DNA of 62,443 nt, the filler included, from Rhabdomonas costata (lineage: Eukaryota): the NCBI GenBank assembly GCA_019059605.1. It is 37 parts of 37 records of this genome, joined end to end, with 100 filler letters (N's around TTAATTAATTAA, not from the genome) between each part and the next. Parts side by side here need not be neighbours in the genome. Positions count along the whole stretch, not along the records: positions 1 to 1,589 come from JAHMHO010012445.1; positions 1,690 to 3,280 come from JAHMHO010012446.1; positions 3,381 to 4,970 come from JAHMHO010012447.1; positions 5,071 to 6,661 come from JAHMHO010012448.1; positions 6,762 to 8,352 come from JAHMHO010012449.1; positions 8,453 to 10,043 come from JAHMHO010012450.1; positions 10,144 to 11,736 come from JAHMHO010012451.1; positions 11,837 to 13,427 come from JAHMHO010012452.1; 29 more parts are not named here. The stretch is one strand, 5' to 3'. Below are positions 1 to 11,838 of the stretch, in pieces; the first letter of the stretch is position 1; each line of letters opens with the position of its first letter. Under the pieces are notes generated by a model that did no database searches, had not been told where the DNA came from, and was given only the letters and a program-made list of their open reading frames with translations. A program made the position numbers and the translations under genes.

Positions 1-97
1 GTGTTTTTTTCTTTTCGCCTTCTACCATTTTCAATCTTCTCTCCTGATGTCTTGAACTTGTTCCAAAGTGCAGAGAATGCGCTAGAGCATTTCGCAC

Positions 98-1194
98 CCT
101 TTTCGTACACTTGCCAGATGACGTCGGACAACCGCCCAGGCCGCAGCATACGGCTGGGCATCCAGATGGGCTCCCCGCTGGGGTAGTCCTGTGGCACACC
201 ACCCCCAATTCAAAACCTGGTTTCCAGCGACCGGAATTTTTCCAGCGAAGTGTGCACACGGGCAACCAGGGATACACGTAACACAGCCACTCCTCATCAT
301 ATGGAACGACAGGTGGTGCGCACATCGAAAAGGCTCCGTCAAAGATTTTACACAAGCTGCTCTCTTTCGAATTTGCGGCGATGGAAGCGGGAGCACGAAA
401 GTATCGGAGCTAAATCAGGATGCGTTACAGCTATGCTTTCATGCACATAAAACCAGGAATGCAACTCAGCCGACAGTTTTACCTTGTGGGGAAGCAATCG
501 TGTAATTACGAAGAGCGGAATGCAGCTTCAAGTCTCCATGCTGAGTGAACCTGAAAACCTCCACTGAGGCATGTTGGGCGCAATTCTTAATTCTATGTTG
601 TCCAGTGACAATTCAAACCCAGCGCCAGCCAGGAACTTGCGCAGACATGGGTCTAATTTAGAGGTCCTAACAACGCAAGCAATAGCGCCTACGAGTCAAC
701 TTTCGTCTTTCATACACAGGAAGACGTGCTTTTAGCTGTTTGGTTGGTGATTTGATTAGCGGCATAAGCGGCATTGATATAATGGGTCGCTCTCTCGACC
801 CCTCACTCTAATGTTATGTGACGCATACACTCGATCCTAACTGGCCCACCACCAACGTGCGGGCGTGCGGTGCGTGTGCTGAGCGAGTATGACTCTCGCT
901 CAGGTGGAGCTGATGTCTCCGTCTTCCGGTGGCCTCGAGCCAAATGCACTCAGGAACTACGCAGGTGCCGGGATTCGGTTGGACGGTGTAACGCACACAC
1001 GCACTCATTGGGTGCCAGCGTATTGTGCGTTTGATTGAGTGATTGAGTGAAGCAACCTCGGGCAAAACCACACAGAACTGCTCGCCCGGGCAGCACTCCA
1101 GCTCGAAAGTCAGCTCGAAGCCGTTCAGATGAGCGGCGTGCACAAACGCCAGCGCCTGAAGCCCCGCCATGTCACTGGCCGCAGCGGCAGACAT
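98..1194 (-). CDS. RWD/UBC-fold-like protein, 5' two exons (partial)
   Basis: Exons 1194-1057 and 188-98, with GAG|GT...CAG|GAC in phase 0. The join reads FELTFELECCPGEQFCVVLPE|DYPSGEPIWMPS, recreating the RWD/UBC-type LPxxYPxxxP motif. Confidence 0.4.
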
Positions 1195-1589
1195 CGTGCA
1201 GCGGGCGAGGGCGAGCCGGCGGGAGACAGAGATGAATTATTCCAACGAAGGGAGAAAAAGAGAGAGGGAAAGGGAGACGCACCACTGGGGAGCCAAAGAC
1301 GAAACACTAAACGGAAGCAATGCCTCTGCAGTTGAAAACGGAAAAAGAGACATGTGTTACAAAATTTGGTGCAAATTCGCCACCAAAACCATGGCGCCAC
1401 TTTCCCTGGAAAAATTGAAGCCCATCCCTCCACGTGCTTTGGCGAAGGTGGAAAACACAGCCCCACACAGACAGTCAAGAGGATTTGGCTATGCAGAGTA
1501 TTGAACCAGGAGGTGATGACCCACCGTCGAGAAGCGCCTGCCTGACGACTCTGGGAAGCGTTTGCGAGAATGCTGGACTTGCTCGATTC

Positions 1590-1689
1590 NNNNNNNNNNN
1601 NNNNNNNNNNNNNNNNNNNNNNNNNNNNNNNNNTTAATTAATTAANNNNNNNNNNNNNNNNNNNNNNNNNNNNNNNNNNNNNNNNNNNN
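1590..1689. other. Artificial contig linker N44-TTAATTAATTAA-N44 (first of 36, recurring about every 1690 nt)
   Basis: An identical 100-nt block recurs throughout (e.g. 3281-3380, 4971-5070, ..., 60751-60850). The 12-mer puts stop codons in all six frames. Confidence 0.99.
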
Positions 1690-2621
1690 GGTTTTGTGGG
1701 CAACGAAAGTGAGGTTAATTTGTGCATTCGGGATCACGGGTGGCGTGTAACCCTCGCCAGCGAACGAACTGCCCAATTTTGGTTCCGTTTCTTTCGCCGG
1801 AACCTAAAACTCAGGCAGCACCCCACGCACCACATCCACCCCCCTGTCTCGCAGCTGTTGACTCTCAGCCGAAAGGTGGTGTGGACCCCGCAGCTGACAC
1901 AGCAAAGGCGAGGAAGCGTCGCAAGAAGAAGGAGGTTTCTGTCGTGCGTCTCTCTCTCTCTTTTCCCCAACACTTGTTTGTTCCTGATTGCGTTGGGTTG
2001 CACCCCTCAGAGATCGTCAGGCTTCAAAACGCAAAGTGCGAGGGGGCCGATTCTTTCGTTTCTGATTTCAATGCTTTTATGCGGTCGCAGTCACACGAGG
2101 GTTGAGCCGATTTGAGGGTGGGGGCACCCTGGTGCAAGGAAAGCGAGTTTTTCTGGAACAAGCATTGTGGTGGACTGGCCCCGGGTGAAGCGGTATTGGT
2201 GTCATTCGGGGCCGTACCACTGAGTCAGCATGTGGGAGGAGTTCCGTGGGCACCATAGCGGCAGCCCATATAGAGAGCACCTGCACATAGACGGGAACGG
2301 GGGTGTAATGAAGTAATTCGACAAGGAAAGTTATTTTGGCCCTGTCTTCTCCCCCCCCCTCTCTCTCCCTGACCCCAAGAAGTAGTTTAAGGGCACCACG
2401 CACACTGAATTGTTTGGAATTGTGTGGCATCCTTTCGCGTAGTTGACCAGGGCTGGAACCGCAACCACCGCAATAGAAAGGGGGATGTTTATCTGATGGT
2501 CCAGCGTGTTCTACCAGCTGGCTGCGTGCGTGGCCCCGCACGGATTTCACGCCGCGCATGAAACCCGGGGAAGATTTGCAGAAAGGACGGGAGTGAGACA
2601 GAACCTGGACAAAGGATACAC

Positions 2622-2789
2622 CCAAGGGTTGAGGTGAGTGGGGTCCTTCGAGAGCCCGGGTCTCCACAGCCACAGCTCAATGTGGGCGTCTCCGGTGCGG
2701 CGGGTGTTGTGGTAGTACACCCAGTACACAGCGCGGCCCCGGGGGTCCCGCCCGAACCAATGCACCCGTGGGGCAAGGTTCGGGAAGGC
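2622..2789 (-). CDS. Internal exon of unknown protein
   Basis: GC-rich 168-nt open segment bounded by CAG| and |GTGTAT (AFPNLAPRVHWFGRDPRGRAVYWVYYHN...). No family recognised. Confidence 0.3.
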
Positions 2790-3444
2790 CTGAAAAGGAG
2801 GTATCGTGGTGGGACGGGACGTGATGGACCGGCATTGCGTATGCATGGCTCATGATGACATGGCTCACGTATGGCTCACACATGTAGTTCGTTCCAGGGG
2901 CTATCCCTAACTCCAAGCGTAAACGTTTTTGAACCGAGCCAACCCTCGATTCACAAATACGGGATATTTCTTTGAGCAGGGAGAGCTACTGCACTACGTC
3001 ACAGTTACGTTCGCACTGGGAGAAACCAAAGGGAGACAAATGGAAAAATTGGTTTGCACAACGAATAGGGAGAAAACGACGGGTAGAGTCGTCTGCGTGA
3101 AAATGGAAACGACAGGGGGGTTCCCATAAAAAGTCACGAGGACGAGGGCCCAATTGGGAGGAAAGCCTGAAGGTTCACGGAACGAGGATGGGGAGAGCAA
3201 CTGAGAATGTTTGAGGAGTAGGGTGCAATTGAAAAGAGATAGGCTGGGTGCTTGGTTAATTCGATATTAGCAATAGCAACNNNNNNNNNNNNNNNNNNNN
3301 NNNNNNNNNNNNNNNNNNNNNNNNTTAATTAATTAANNNNNNNNNNNNNNNNNNNNNNNNNNNNNNNNNNNNNNNNNNNNTGTGTGGGGTGGGAAAGAAA
3401 AAGAGAAAAAAAAAACAAGAAACCAAGTCTGCACCGGCACTCAC

Positions 3445-4301
3445 CATTAGCTCAATGATGAGAAGCGGAGTCAAGTGGTCGAAGTCATGCACAGAGCCCA
3501 TCTCTACGCTCCTCTTGATGAGCTGTATCCCGTGGAAACTCCCAGATGCGTTGGCCATGATCTTTGACCTGAGGTAAAGGCCCAGCAAGCCAGCGGATGC
3601 TCATTTCAAAACAGGAAGAAATGCAATCCTTCCAAGCTTAATGCAAGACGATGGCGCGGCATAAACGCAGCGGAATCGCACTTACTTACCGCCATCAAAA
3701 AGAAGAAGAAAGAAGTAAAACAGCATTCGGTTCTTCAGCATTATTAAAAATGTGTTCACTCCCTCGCCTGCACCGCACGTCGTCTTGGCACTCTCACGCA
3801 CCGGACATCATCCAGAACGTTACTCATCAGCGTGTTCGCCAGCTTGTCCGCGCTGGTGTACCCAGCAACGTAGATAAGCCCACCCACAGCAACCGAGGTC
3901 GCCAGCAGCATCAGTGGGATCATCGCACACATGATGCTTCCCACTTGCAGGCAGTGGCGGCGGGCCTTGGTGCCGCAACTGGGCTTTGCCGAGGGCTCGC
4001 CGTAAGTGACAAAATCGGACTCCGAGGCGAGATCGGGAGGCCGGCTTGGCGACTGTACATCGAGGAATTGTTGGCTGATGACAATTGGATTAGAGGCAGA
4101 TAGTTCCCCAGAGACCTGACTTCTTCGGGTGAGGCAGTTTTGGCTAATCGCCATGGGAAGGGTGAGTGAGGCTTCCTCCAGCTCCGGACGGACCTGACTT
4201 CTTTTGTAGGTGATCTTCGGCTTTTGCCTAGACGATGACATGGCAATGCTCTGCGGGGAGTGCACGGTGATACTCGGCTTTTCTCCTGAGGATGATGACA
4301 T
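3445..4301 (-). CDS. Membrane protein N-terminus (Ser-rich cytosolic tail plus TM helix), possible receptor cyclase/sensor (partial)
   Basis: Exons 4301-3802 and 3568-3445 splice in frame (CG|GT...CAG|G): ...GSIMCAMIPLMLLATSVAVGGLIYVAGYTSADKLANTLMSNVLDDVR|SKIMANASGS... Followed by a GTGAGT donor. Confidence 0.55.
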
Positions 4302-7300
4302 TCACGTGGCAGTACAAGAGAGAAAAACAAAAATCGGGAAAAAGTGAACAAGATGGAAACCGTGTCTTGGAAAGCTGGAAGTGAGGAAACACTAAAAGGA
4401 GACCATGCTTATTCCCTTCATATAGCAACCGAGAAGCACATGAAGCCAACATACAAATCACCACACTTGGCAATGGTGTGCTTCACATTGTAAGTCACAG
4501 GAGTGCGAATTCTCATGAGACCATGGGTTTCTCTGCAATACAAGATTTCGTCCCACGTGCGGTGGCTTTACATCCAAGGCCAGTGTTGTTTAATTCCATT
4601 GCCACGCACCTGATTTTGCTGAACCCCTCTTTCTCTCTCAACATCAGTTATTCCCAACCAAGGTCTATTCGCCAACACAAACGGCTTGGTTCGCTCCGTT
4701 CTGGCAACCAGCTCATCTGGACTGCCAGCATCCAGCGCAGGGGTGGGGGACATCTTTTGTAAACATACAACTTTCCCAGCTCCCCTTTTTCCGCGAGAAC
4801 ACCCGAAACACACCCAAGTGCACAAAAGCAGCTGCGGTGGATTGAGCACGACACCAATAGAAAGAAAAGGCGGAAACCAGCCTACGGGCTTGCTGAACGC
4901 AAAGCTATCCCAACTTTTTTGCTCTCCACAACAAAGCACCGGCACGAAACACCCCAAACACACCCACCACNNNNNNNNNNNNNNNNNNNNNNNNNNNNNN
5001 NNNNNNNNNNNNNNTTAATTAATTAANNNNNNNNNNNNNNNNNNNNNNNNNNNNNNNNNNNNNNNNNNNNGGGTTGGGTGGGAAGATGTGCTCCTGTGCT
5101 GTTCCTTTTTTGGCCTGGTTTTGTAGGTTTTGTAGCATGAGTGGAATCCTGAATCAGTGTGGGCGATGCGCGAAAGACCTTTTTCTGTCGTGGACGGGTT
5201 TGTGAATGGGGGGAGGTGCCCCATTGAGTCCTTTGCAGGGGGAAGTTCTCTTCGGCTCTTTATTTAACAATCTTGTCAAGAAAGTCAAGTGGTGTCGTCT
5301 CGGACGTTAGTTCAGCTGTGCTTCTGTTTGTGTCAAGTCCTGTGCTTTTGTACTTTAGGAATGAGGTTGGACTCCAGTGCTATGCGTACTAAGGTCCGTC
5401 CTATGAATGACATGGGGTTTTCCTTGAAAGACCAGCGTGGGGTTAACTTAGGCAGCAGTTATTGTGCTCTCAAGGAGATAGAGGCGAAGCACGTGACAAG
5501 ACAGAGGGGATGTGTACAGGGGTGTGGGGTAGCCCCATCAACTACACTTTATTCAACCTCTCATCCAGCCCTGCTTTGGAGGAATGACTCGTTGCCCTCG
5601 ATTCACTGCCTGAATCCTGAAATCCAACACTGGAGTCAGATATAATGTACCGTCCCAGATAAACTGTCCGAATATGTTACTGCTTTGGCTCTCCCTAGCA
5701 CTTCCCTCACTTTCTGCACTTCTAAGCTTTGGTCCCTTTTTCTTTTTGTTTGCTCTGCAAAGTGTGGTGCGGCAAAGCCAATGGCTGAGCCTACCGGGGC
5801 AGCGCGGCCCCCTGTTAAACCCCAGAAACAAATGAGGCCACCCAAGGCACAGGGGCTGCGGATAGCGGCATTCCATGCGGCGGAGAGCTTGGCTCCTCCC
5901 GGCGTGCTTATGTATGCCTGTGTGTGGACTGCACTGCGCGGGACCAGTGCCTGCCTCCAGCCAGGGAAATACTGGCTCGTCTGATAATGTGTTGGATACT
6001 CCGAAAGTAAACGCTCCAGGTTGTGGCTCCAGGAGTCAGTTTCTGATGTTACACCGTAAAATCAGAACACATGTGTGGCCTCAGTAGCATGAAAAACCTT
6101 TGAAACATATCGTATGCATACATATCTGCCTTGGTGCGTGTTATAGCGTTCCCAGGACTTCAACTGGAAACTCTTGACAATACGAATTCTGAGCTTCGAG
6201 ATGTAACTTACCTTGTCAGTGATACACAAGAACTTGACAAGTAACTCTTTCCATGCTTCTAAGAAGAGACACGACACTGCAAGGGCGATGTAGCAAACAC
6301 TGGATCTGGAATGCCAAGAGACCGCTTTGGTTGATCTCTGAACAAGCGAGATAAAACAGAAAGATGGATACAGCTCTTAAAAGTCCACACACACAGTTCA
6401 CAAGAGCGCAAGGTTTGGAAAGTTTTCTTGCACCCAAACGACAAAGAAACAGGGAGGCTGCATAGAAACAGCAGCGGGAAGAAACACCGAACTGTGATTC
6501 GGTGAAGAAGAGAGAGTGGGTTGAAGAGAGATTCTGAGCACCTCAATGGTGAAGGATAAGGAAAGGGACGGGCTGAGACACAGCAACATCGTCCCTGTGT
6601 TCTAATCTGACCTCTAGTGTTCCCCTTGTTTCTTTGTCGTTTGGGTGCAAGAAAACACAAANNNNNNNNNNNNNNNNNNNNNNNNNNNNNNNNNNNNNNN
6701 NNNNNTTAATTAATTAANNNNNNNNNNNNNNNNNNNNNNNNNNNNNNNNNNNNNNNNNNNNCGTTTTCCCCTTTGGGGTGTGTCAAGAAAGATGGCGAAG
6801 GAGATGCGGGCAATGGCGCGCTTTCAGGTGGTCCCTGCTCCGACTTCTTTTAATGACGCGTGGTTGTGTGGGCCGATTTTCTGCTGGCCCTAGGGTGCCA
6901 TAAGCCACCAGAAGGTTTCCTGTCGAGCTCTGCCCTGATTGTTGAAGATGCAATTCCACCCTTTCCAGAAGTGAGCGAAGGCACGATGGAATGTGATGGA
7001 GATGGTGGCGGCGGATGGAGAGGGATGGTGGTGATGGTTACTGTGCAGAAATTCTGTTGGTTTTTGTATCTGGTGCGGAGAAACGAAGAGAGCAAGAAGC
7101 CCAGAACTTTGTTGGATCCCTAACCTCCTCGTTTGCAATCTGAAGTTCAAACAGGGACAAATGATAAGGGATTAAACCACCCCAAAACAAACACCGGTTG
7201 GCGAATTGACACAAAACAGAAATTTGCAAAACCAAAACCAAAACAAAACCAAATGGCGTTACTTTGCGTAACGCACCTTTGGTTCTGGCAATAAAGTGGA

Positions 7301-7597
7301 GTTGAACAGAGATAATCCGCACCATCCCATTACAGGGCGTGAAATTAGATAACGCTGAAGTTCGTGCAAAGTTGTGTTGTTTTGTTTCAGGTGAGAACGC
7401 GTGTAAAATGCAGCAAAATTGAAAGCAGACCCGCAGTTGTGAAGGTACTGAATTCCATTGCGGAGGTGGTACGCGCAAAAACAGCGGTAGAACGCTTCGT
7501 TCAACCTTTTTTCCTGTGTGAGACAGCCCAATTTGGGAACAGGGGACGGGCGAATTTGGCAGAAGCAGTGAAGGCTGGCAGCCCAGTCCGACAGAAC

Positions 7598-7717
7598 CTT
7601 TCCACTGCCGTCAACGTCGTGCAGGTCAGTCAGAATGTGGGCAGTTGCAGAATCATTCAAGGTGAAAATGCTTCGGGCGGGCATTTTCTCCATGTAGCCA
7701 TAAAACGAAAGCAAAGG
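7598..7717 (-). CDS. Possible exon ending in an EF-hand loop start
   Basis: CAG|...AAG|GT, 120 nt, phase 0. It ends DLHDVDGSGK (DxDGSG EF-loop pattern). Partner exon not found. Confidence 0.3.
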
Positions 7718-9323
7718 CTGCGAGACAAAAGAGAAATCGTTGCATACGAGTGAAAGGAAAGCGAACACCCAGACCCACACCCAGGCTGCGCGCGTCTTGA
7801 CTGGGACACCTTTGCTTTTCTACCTGCTTTTCCCCTTCTCCTCCTTCTTTCCTTTCGCCCAAAAACCTGTACAAACACATGAACCTATACCTACGCTTGA
7901 CAGGCAGACATGTTACAGTCACCCAAACCAAGTTAAAGGGTGTTTTCTATTTTGACTGCTAATTCCTTCATGCCATCTATCACCATCAGTTACACGTCTA
8001 TTCTCCTTGAGGGCGACAAGGGTCAAGTGGAAAGGTATGGGCGCGCATGAAGGTTTCAAAATTTTGCATTTTGTTCAAGTTGTCGACTTGTTGTCTGACG
8101 TTTTGCGATTGCGTCTAATATAACACGCGGAGAGGCCGACGGCAGGAAAGAGACCCACGACACTCTCCCAGGGGGGAGACATGAAAGCCGCAGCCGAAAG
8201 CAGGTTGAAGACGAGCCCGTGTGCCCCAGGAGTGCGATGCTGGGACGGGATATGCAAGTTCCAACGGTGTCCCTTTGTGCACCCGAGGGAGGAGCACCTA
8301 GAACAGACCCGAAGTAAAAGCGGACCATCAAGCAAAGCAAGAAACCAAACCCNNNNNNNNNNNNNNNNNNNNNNNNNNNNNNNNNNNNNNNNNNNNTTAA
8401 TTAATTAANNNNNNNNNNNNNNNNNNNNNNNNNNNNNNNNNNNNNNNNNNNNTGTGGAAATTTCTGGGTTGACTTCGGGAGTTTTTATCTTTGTGAGACT
8501 GCATGGCAAACTGTATAATCCCGCTGCCCGTCCCCCCACAACCAACATCGCTCAGTACTGGAGCCCACCTTTGCCGAACGGAGGCAATCGTTTCGCGCTC
8601 CAGCAGAGAGGGTAAGTTTCCAATGGCATTCTGTGTGGTTGTTCACCGTTGCCTGCTCAGTGAGCAGTGATAGCAGATGGTAGCAACCTCATTTAAGCTG
8701 CTGCGATGGACCCGCGGTTTTCGTTCCAAAGATACGATCTAAGTTTTGGATCCCATTAGTTCCTTCTTTCCTTCCACAGCCGGCACTACGGCTCCACGTC
8801 CCTCTCTGATGCGCGGCCTGCTTCCAGCAAGGAGGACGATCTGGGCACATTGGTTGCCCGCGCCCTCCCGCCCTTTGCCCTTTTCATTGAACACTGTGCT
8901 TCGCCGCTACACTGCCAGAGCGGAGGAGCCTTTTTTCAGGGCGAGTTTCGCTGAGGATTTTGTCGTTGCCTGCCATCATTGTGTTTATTCTGAAGTGAGG
9001 ATTCTCTCTGCTTCTTTCATTCAACAGAGAGAACGAGGAGCACTGGGTTGGCAACTACCTTTCGCAGCAACCCTGATAGTTGGACTCGTGCGTTGGGCAT
9101 TTCCCTTCATCAGGGATGGCATACGAAACTAAAACCTTCGGCAAGCTCAAGAGAGTCTTACGCCCACGTGACTCGCACAGCCGCACATCGAATTCGCTGA
9201 GGCACGTCGACGTCGGGCGTGGGATACGCGTGGGCGTGGACTTCGGTTTTGTCTGGCCTTTGTGGAAAGTCCCGGTAGCCTGTGTTTTGGTTGTGTTGCT
9301 GTTTTCCTCATGCTTCCTCTCAG

Positions 9324-9900
9324 GTGCTTTCCTGCATCGGGGTAGTCACTGCTCTCGCCGTTGGGTTTATTCTCAGGTCTCGTTTGTTTTTGGGACCCTT
9401 CCCTGTTTTCTGCGATTGAGAGGTCGAGGTGATCGAGAGATATCGGTCAAATTTATGATTCAAAAAGTTGAGGTAAAAATAGTCATTGGGTCCTCCAGAA
9501 GGCAAATTCGGTCATCAATAAAAAGCTGGGATGAAAATAAGATGGCTAAATGCAAGGCCTCTAATCTCTCATGTTTTTATTTATCTTTACCCGCACTTTC
9601 TGGATTAGATTCCAATGTGAGGTTTTTATAAATTACGCTACCGTTCATTTATTGCTGAGCAGGCTCACTCACGTTGAGGGATTTCCTGGTGAACTCCTCG
9701 CCTCCTCTTTCTTCTTCTTTTTCTCAATTCCGCTTGACGCTTGACGTTGATGCACTCAGGCAGCTGCAAGCGATGTTCGTGCCACTGTGCTTTAGCCTGA
9801 TTCTGATGTACATCTTCAGCCCCTTTGCGGCGTGGACCTCGGCCCCCCTGAGGCTTTGCTGCTGCTGCTGTGGGCGCTGCAGGGACTCACCCGTGGGCAG
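9324..9900 (+). CDS. AI-2E (PerM/UPF0118) family transporter, N-terminal TM exons (partial)
   Basis: Exons 9324-9376 and 9760-9900 give VLSCIGVVTALAVGFILR|QLQAMFVPLCFSLILMYIFSPFAAW, matching the AI-2E pattern 'PxxxAxxLxYxxxP'. Additional upstream exons are likely within 8480-9200. Confidence 0.62.
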
Positions 9901-11245
9901 GTGAGCCGAGAGAGATGGAGTAAGATGAGCGCTTACAGGATAACATCTCTCCTTTGGGGCTTGGGGGCTGGAGCCGAAGCGCCTGGTGACTTTTTCTACA
10001 GTACACATGAGTCAAAAAGATTGGGAGGCCGTTCAACCACCCCNNNNNNNNNNNNNNNNNNNNNNNNNNNNNNNNNNNNNNNNNNNNTTAATTAATTAAN
10101 NNNNNNNNNNNNNNNNNNNNNNNNNNNNNNNNNNNNNNNNNNNGTTTGGTGCTGAGGGTTTGCCGGGGAAAGACACGGTGAGCAGGGTATGGTTGGGGGA
10201 GAGGAGGGGTGTCGGCGGTCAAGACAACGACATGCGACAAGGGAGTTAGCGGGAGGGGGGGAGGCACAGCAACTCTTACTAACGGGCATGACAACAGGCA
10301 ACTGAGTGCTCTGGATTGGACTGAAGAGACTCCCAGTGCGCCACTCTGGCCTCCGTCACCCGCTGCGACCACCAGTGTTGGAGGGGTCCCACCCTCGCAG
10401 AAGTCATGTGGGAGCCGGCTGCGATGCCAGTGACTGAATGGAAACCTCTTCAGGGCAATGTCTATGGGAAGGTCTCTTCTTCGTCCCACTGCTGCTAAAC
10501 TTTTTAATCACAGCGCCAAAGCTTTATCTCTAAACCTCAAATAGAAAGTGTCTTTTCAACCCATGCAAAAGGAGTCGGGGAGTGTGAAGAAGGGGTAAGT
10601 AAAGCAAGAAACACGAAGTGGAAGATGTCCTTTAAACAAGGAGGAGCCTGAGCAGTATCCGGTAAAAAGGGGAACGAGTAGGGTGCTTCGGATTGAAAGG
10701 ATGCGGACAGGTCTGGGTGGTCAGGAGAAGGAAAAGGGAATTGTTCGTGAAAGACTTATCCGTGTCCAGAATAAAAGGGATGTGGGCTCGCAGTGGCGAA
10801 TAACACACCGCAGGGCAGTCAGGAAGCCCATGGCAATAGTGGCAGACGACGCTGTGCAAAGCATCGACAAAAACGCAAACCTCCACCACGAAATCACTCA
10901 CCCCTCCCAGCTGCCCTTGGGCAAAGACACTGTGTGTGTATCCTGAGGTGGGGTAAAGATCCTTGGTCACAGAGACCACACGCGCAATTCCGAGATCAGT
11001 GGATGATTGAGGGGAGGCAAATGGGAGCGCTTATTTATTTCTCCCTGAGATTCTCGGAAACATACGGATAAGGCAATGTTCTTTCTACACTCGAATATAC
11101 AATGTGCTGAAGGCATTGCTTTGGTGGAGGTCGTTTCTGGTTTTTGGTCGTTCTGCTCCCAGCGGGATTTCAAATTCTCTCCGGCTTCCTGGCCGCTCGT
11201 GGTAATGATCGCCCCCTCTGCTGCCCGGCGAAGGCTCTTGGGAAC

Positions 11246-11248
11246 CAC

Positions 11249-11283
<35 letters not shown>

Positions 11284-11286
11284 CAC
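11246..11286. repeat. (CA)n microsatellite
   Basis: Direct inspection; one interruption. Confidence 0.95.
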
Positions 11287-11580
11287 CAGTCCTCCACACA
11301 GTCCAGCACGGCGGCCATATCCACGGCATCCGAGGGGAGAGAATGACTGGTTAGCTTGGCTAGCTTCTTGGCCAAGGGCTGCACCTACATCAAAACCCGC
11401 AACCACGACCACCAGCACGACCACCAATCACCAGCAAAACCGGACCAGCAAAGGTTAAAAGGTGAGCCTGGAGGGGGAAGGATGTGAAGTTGAGTGCATC
11501 CAATTCTGCTCAGGCCGGTTGACCCAAAACAAAATATGCGAAAGAAAAGGCGGATGCATTTTGAACTGGATAGGACAGAA

Positions 11581-11660
11581 AAACCAAACCGAACCAAACC
11601 AAACCAAACCGAACCAACCAAACCAAACCAAACCAAACCAAACCAAACCAAACCAAACCA
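11581..11660. repeat. (CCAAA)n pentanucleotide microsatellite
   Basis: About 16 units with a few variants. Confidence 0.95.
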
Positions 11661-11838
11661 CACCACACGAACCCAAACCCAAACCATATGCCTTCTGTTC
11701 TGGCGGCTTAGCCTCTCATTGGGTGCGCTGCCATGCNNNNNNNNNNNNNNNNNNNNNNNNNNNNNNNNNNNNNNNNNNNNTTAATTAATTAANNNNNNNN
11801 NNNNNNNNNNNNNNNNNNNNNNNNNNNNNNNNNNNNCT

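Noticed and set aside
1634..1645. Regularly spaced TTAATTAATTAA as a biological repeat or CRISPR-like array
   Set aside because: Always flanked by 44 N on each side, so it is an assembly linker. ORFs containing X runs or ending 'LIN' are artefacts.
7440..7510. Kinase-like NGIQYLHN on the minus strand
   Set aside because: No HRD/DFG exon nearby and no convincing splice sites.
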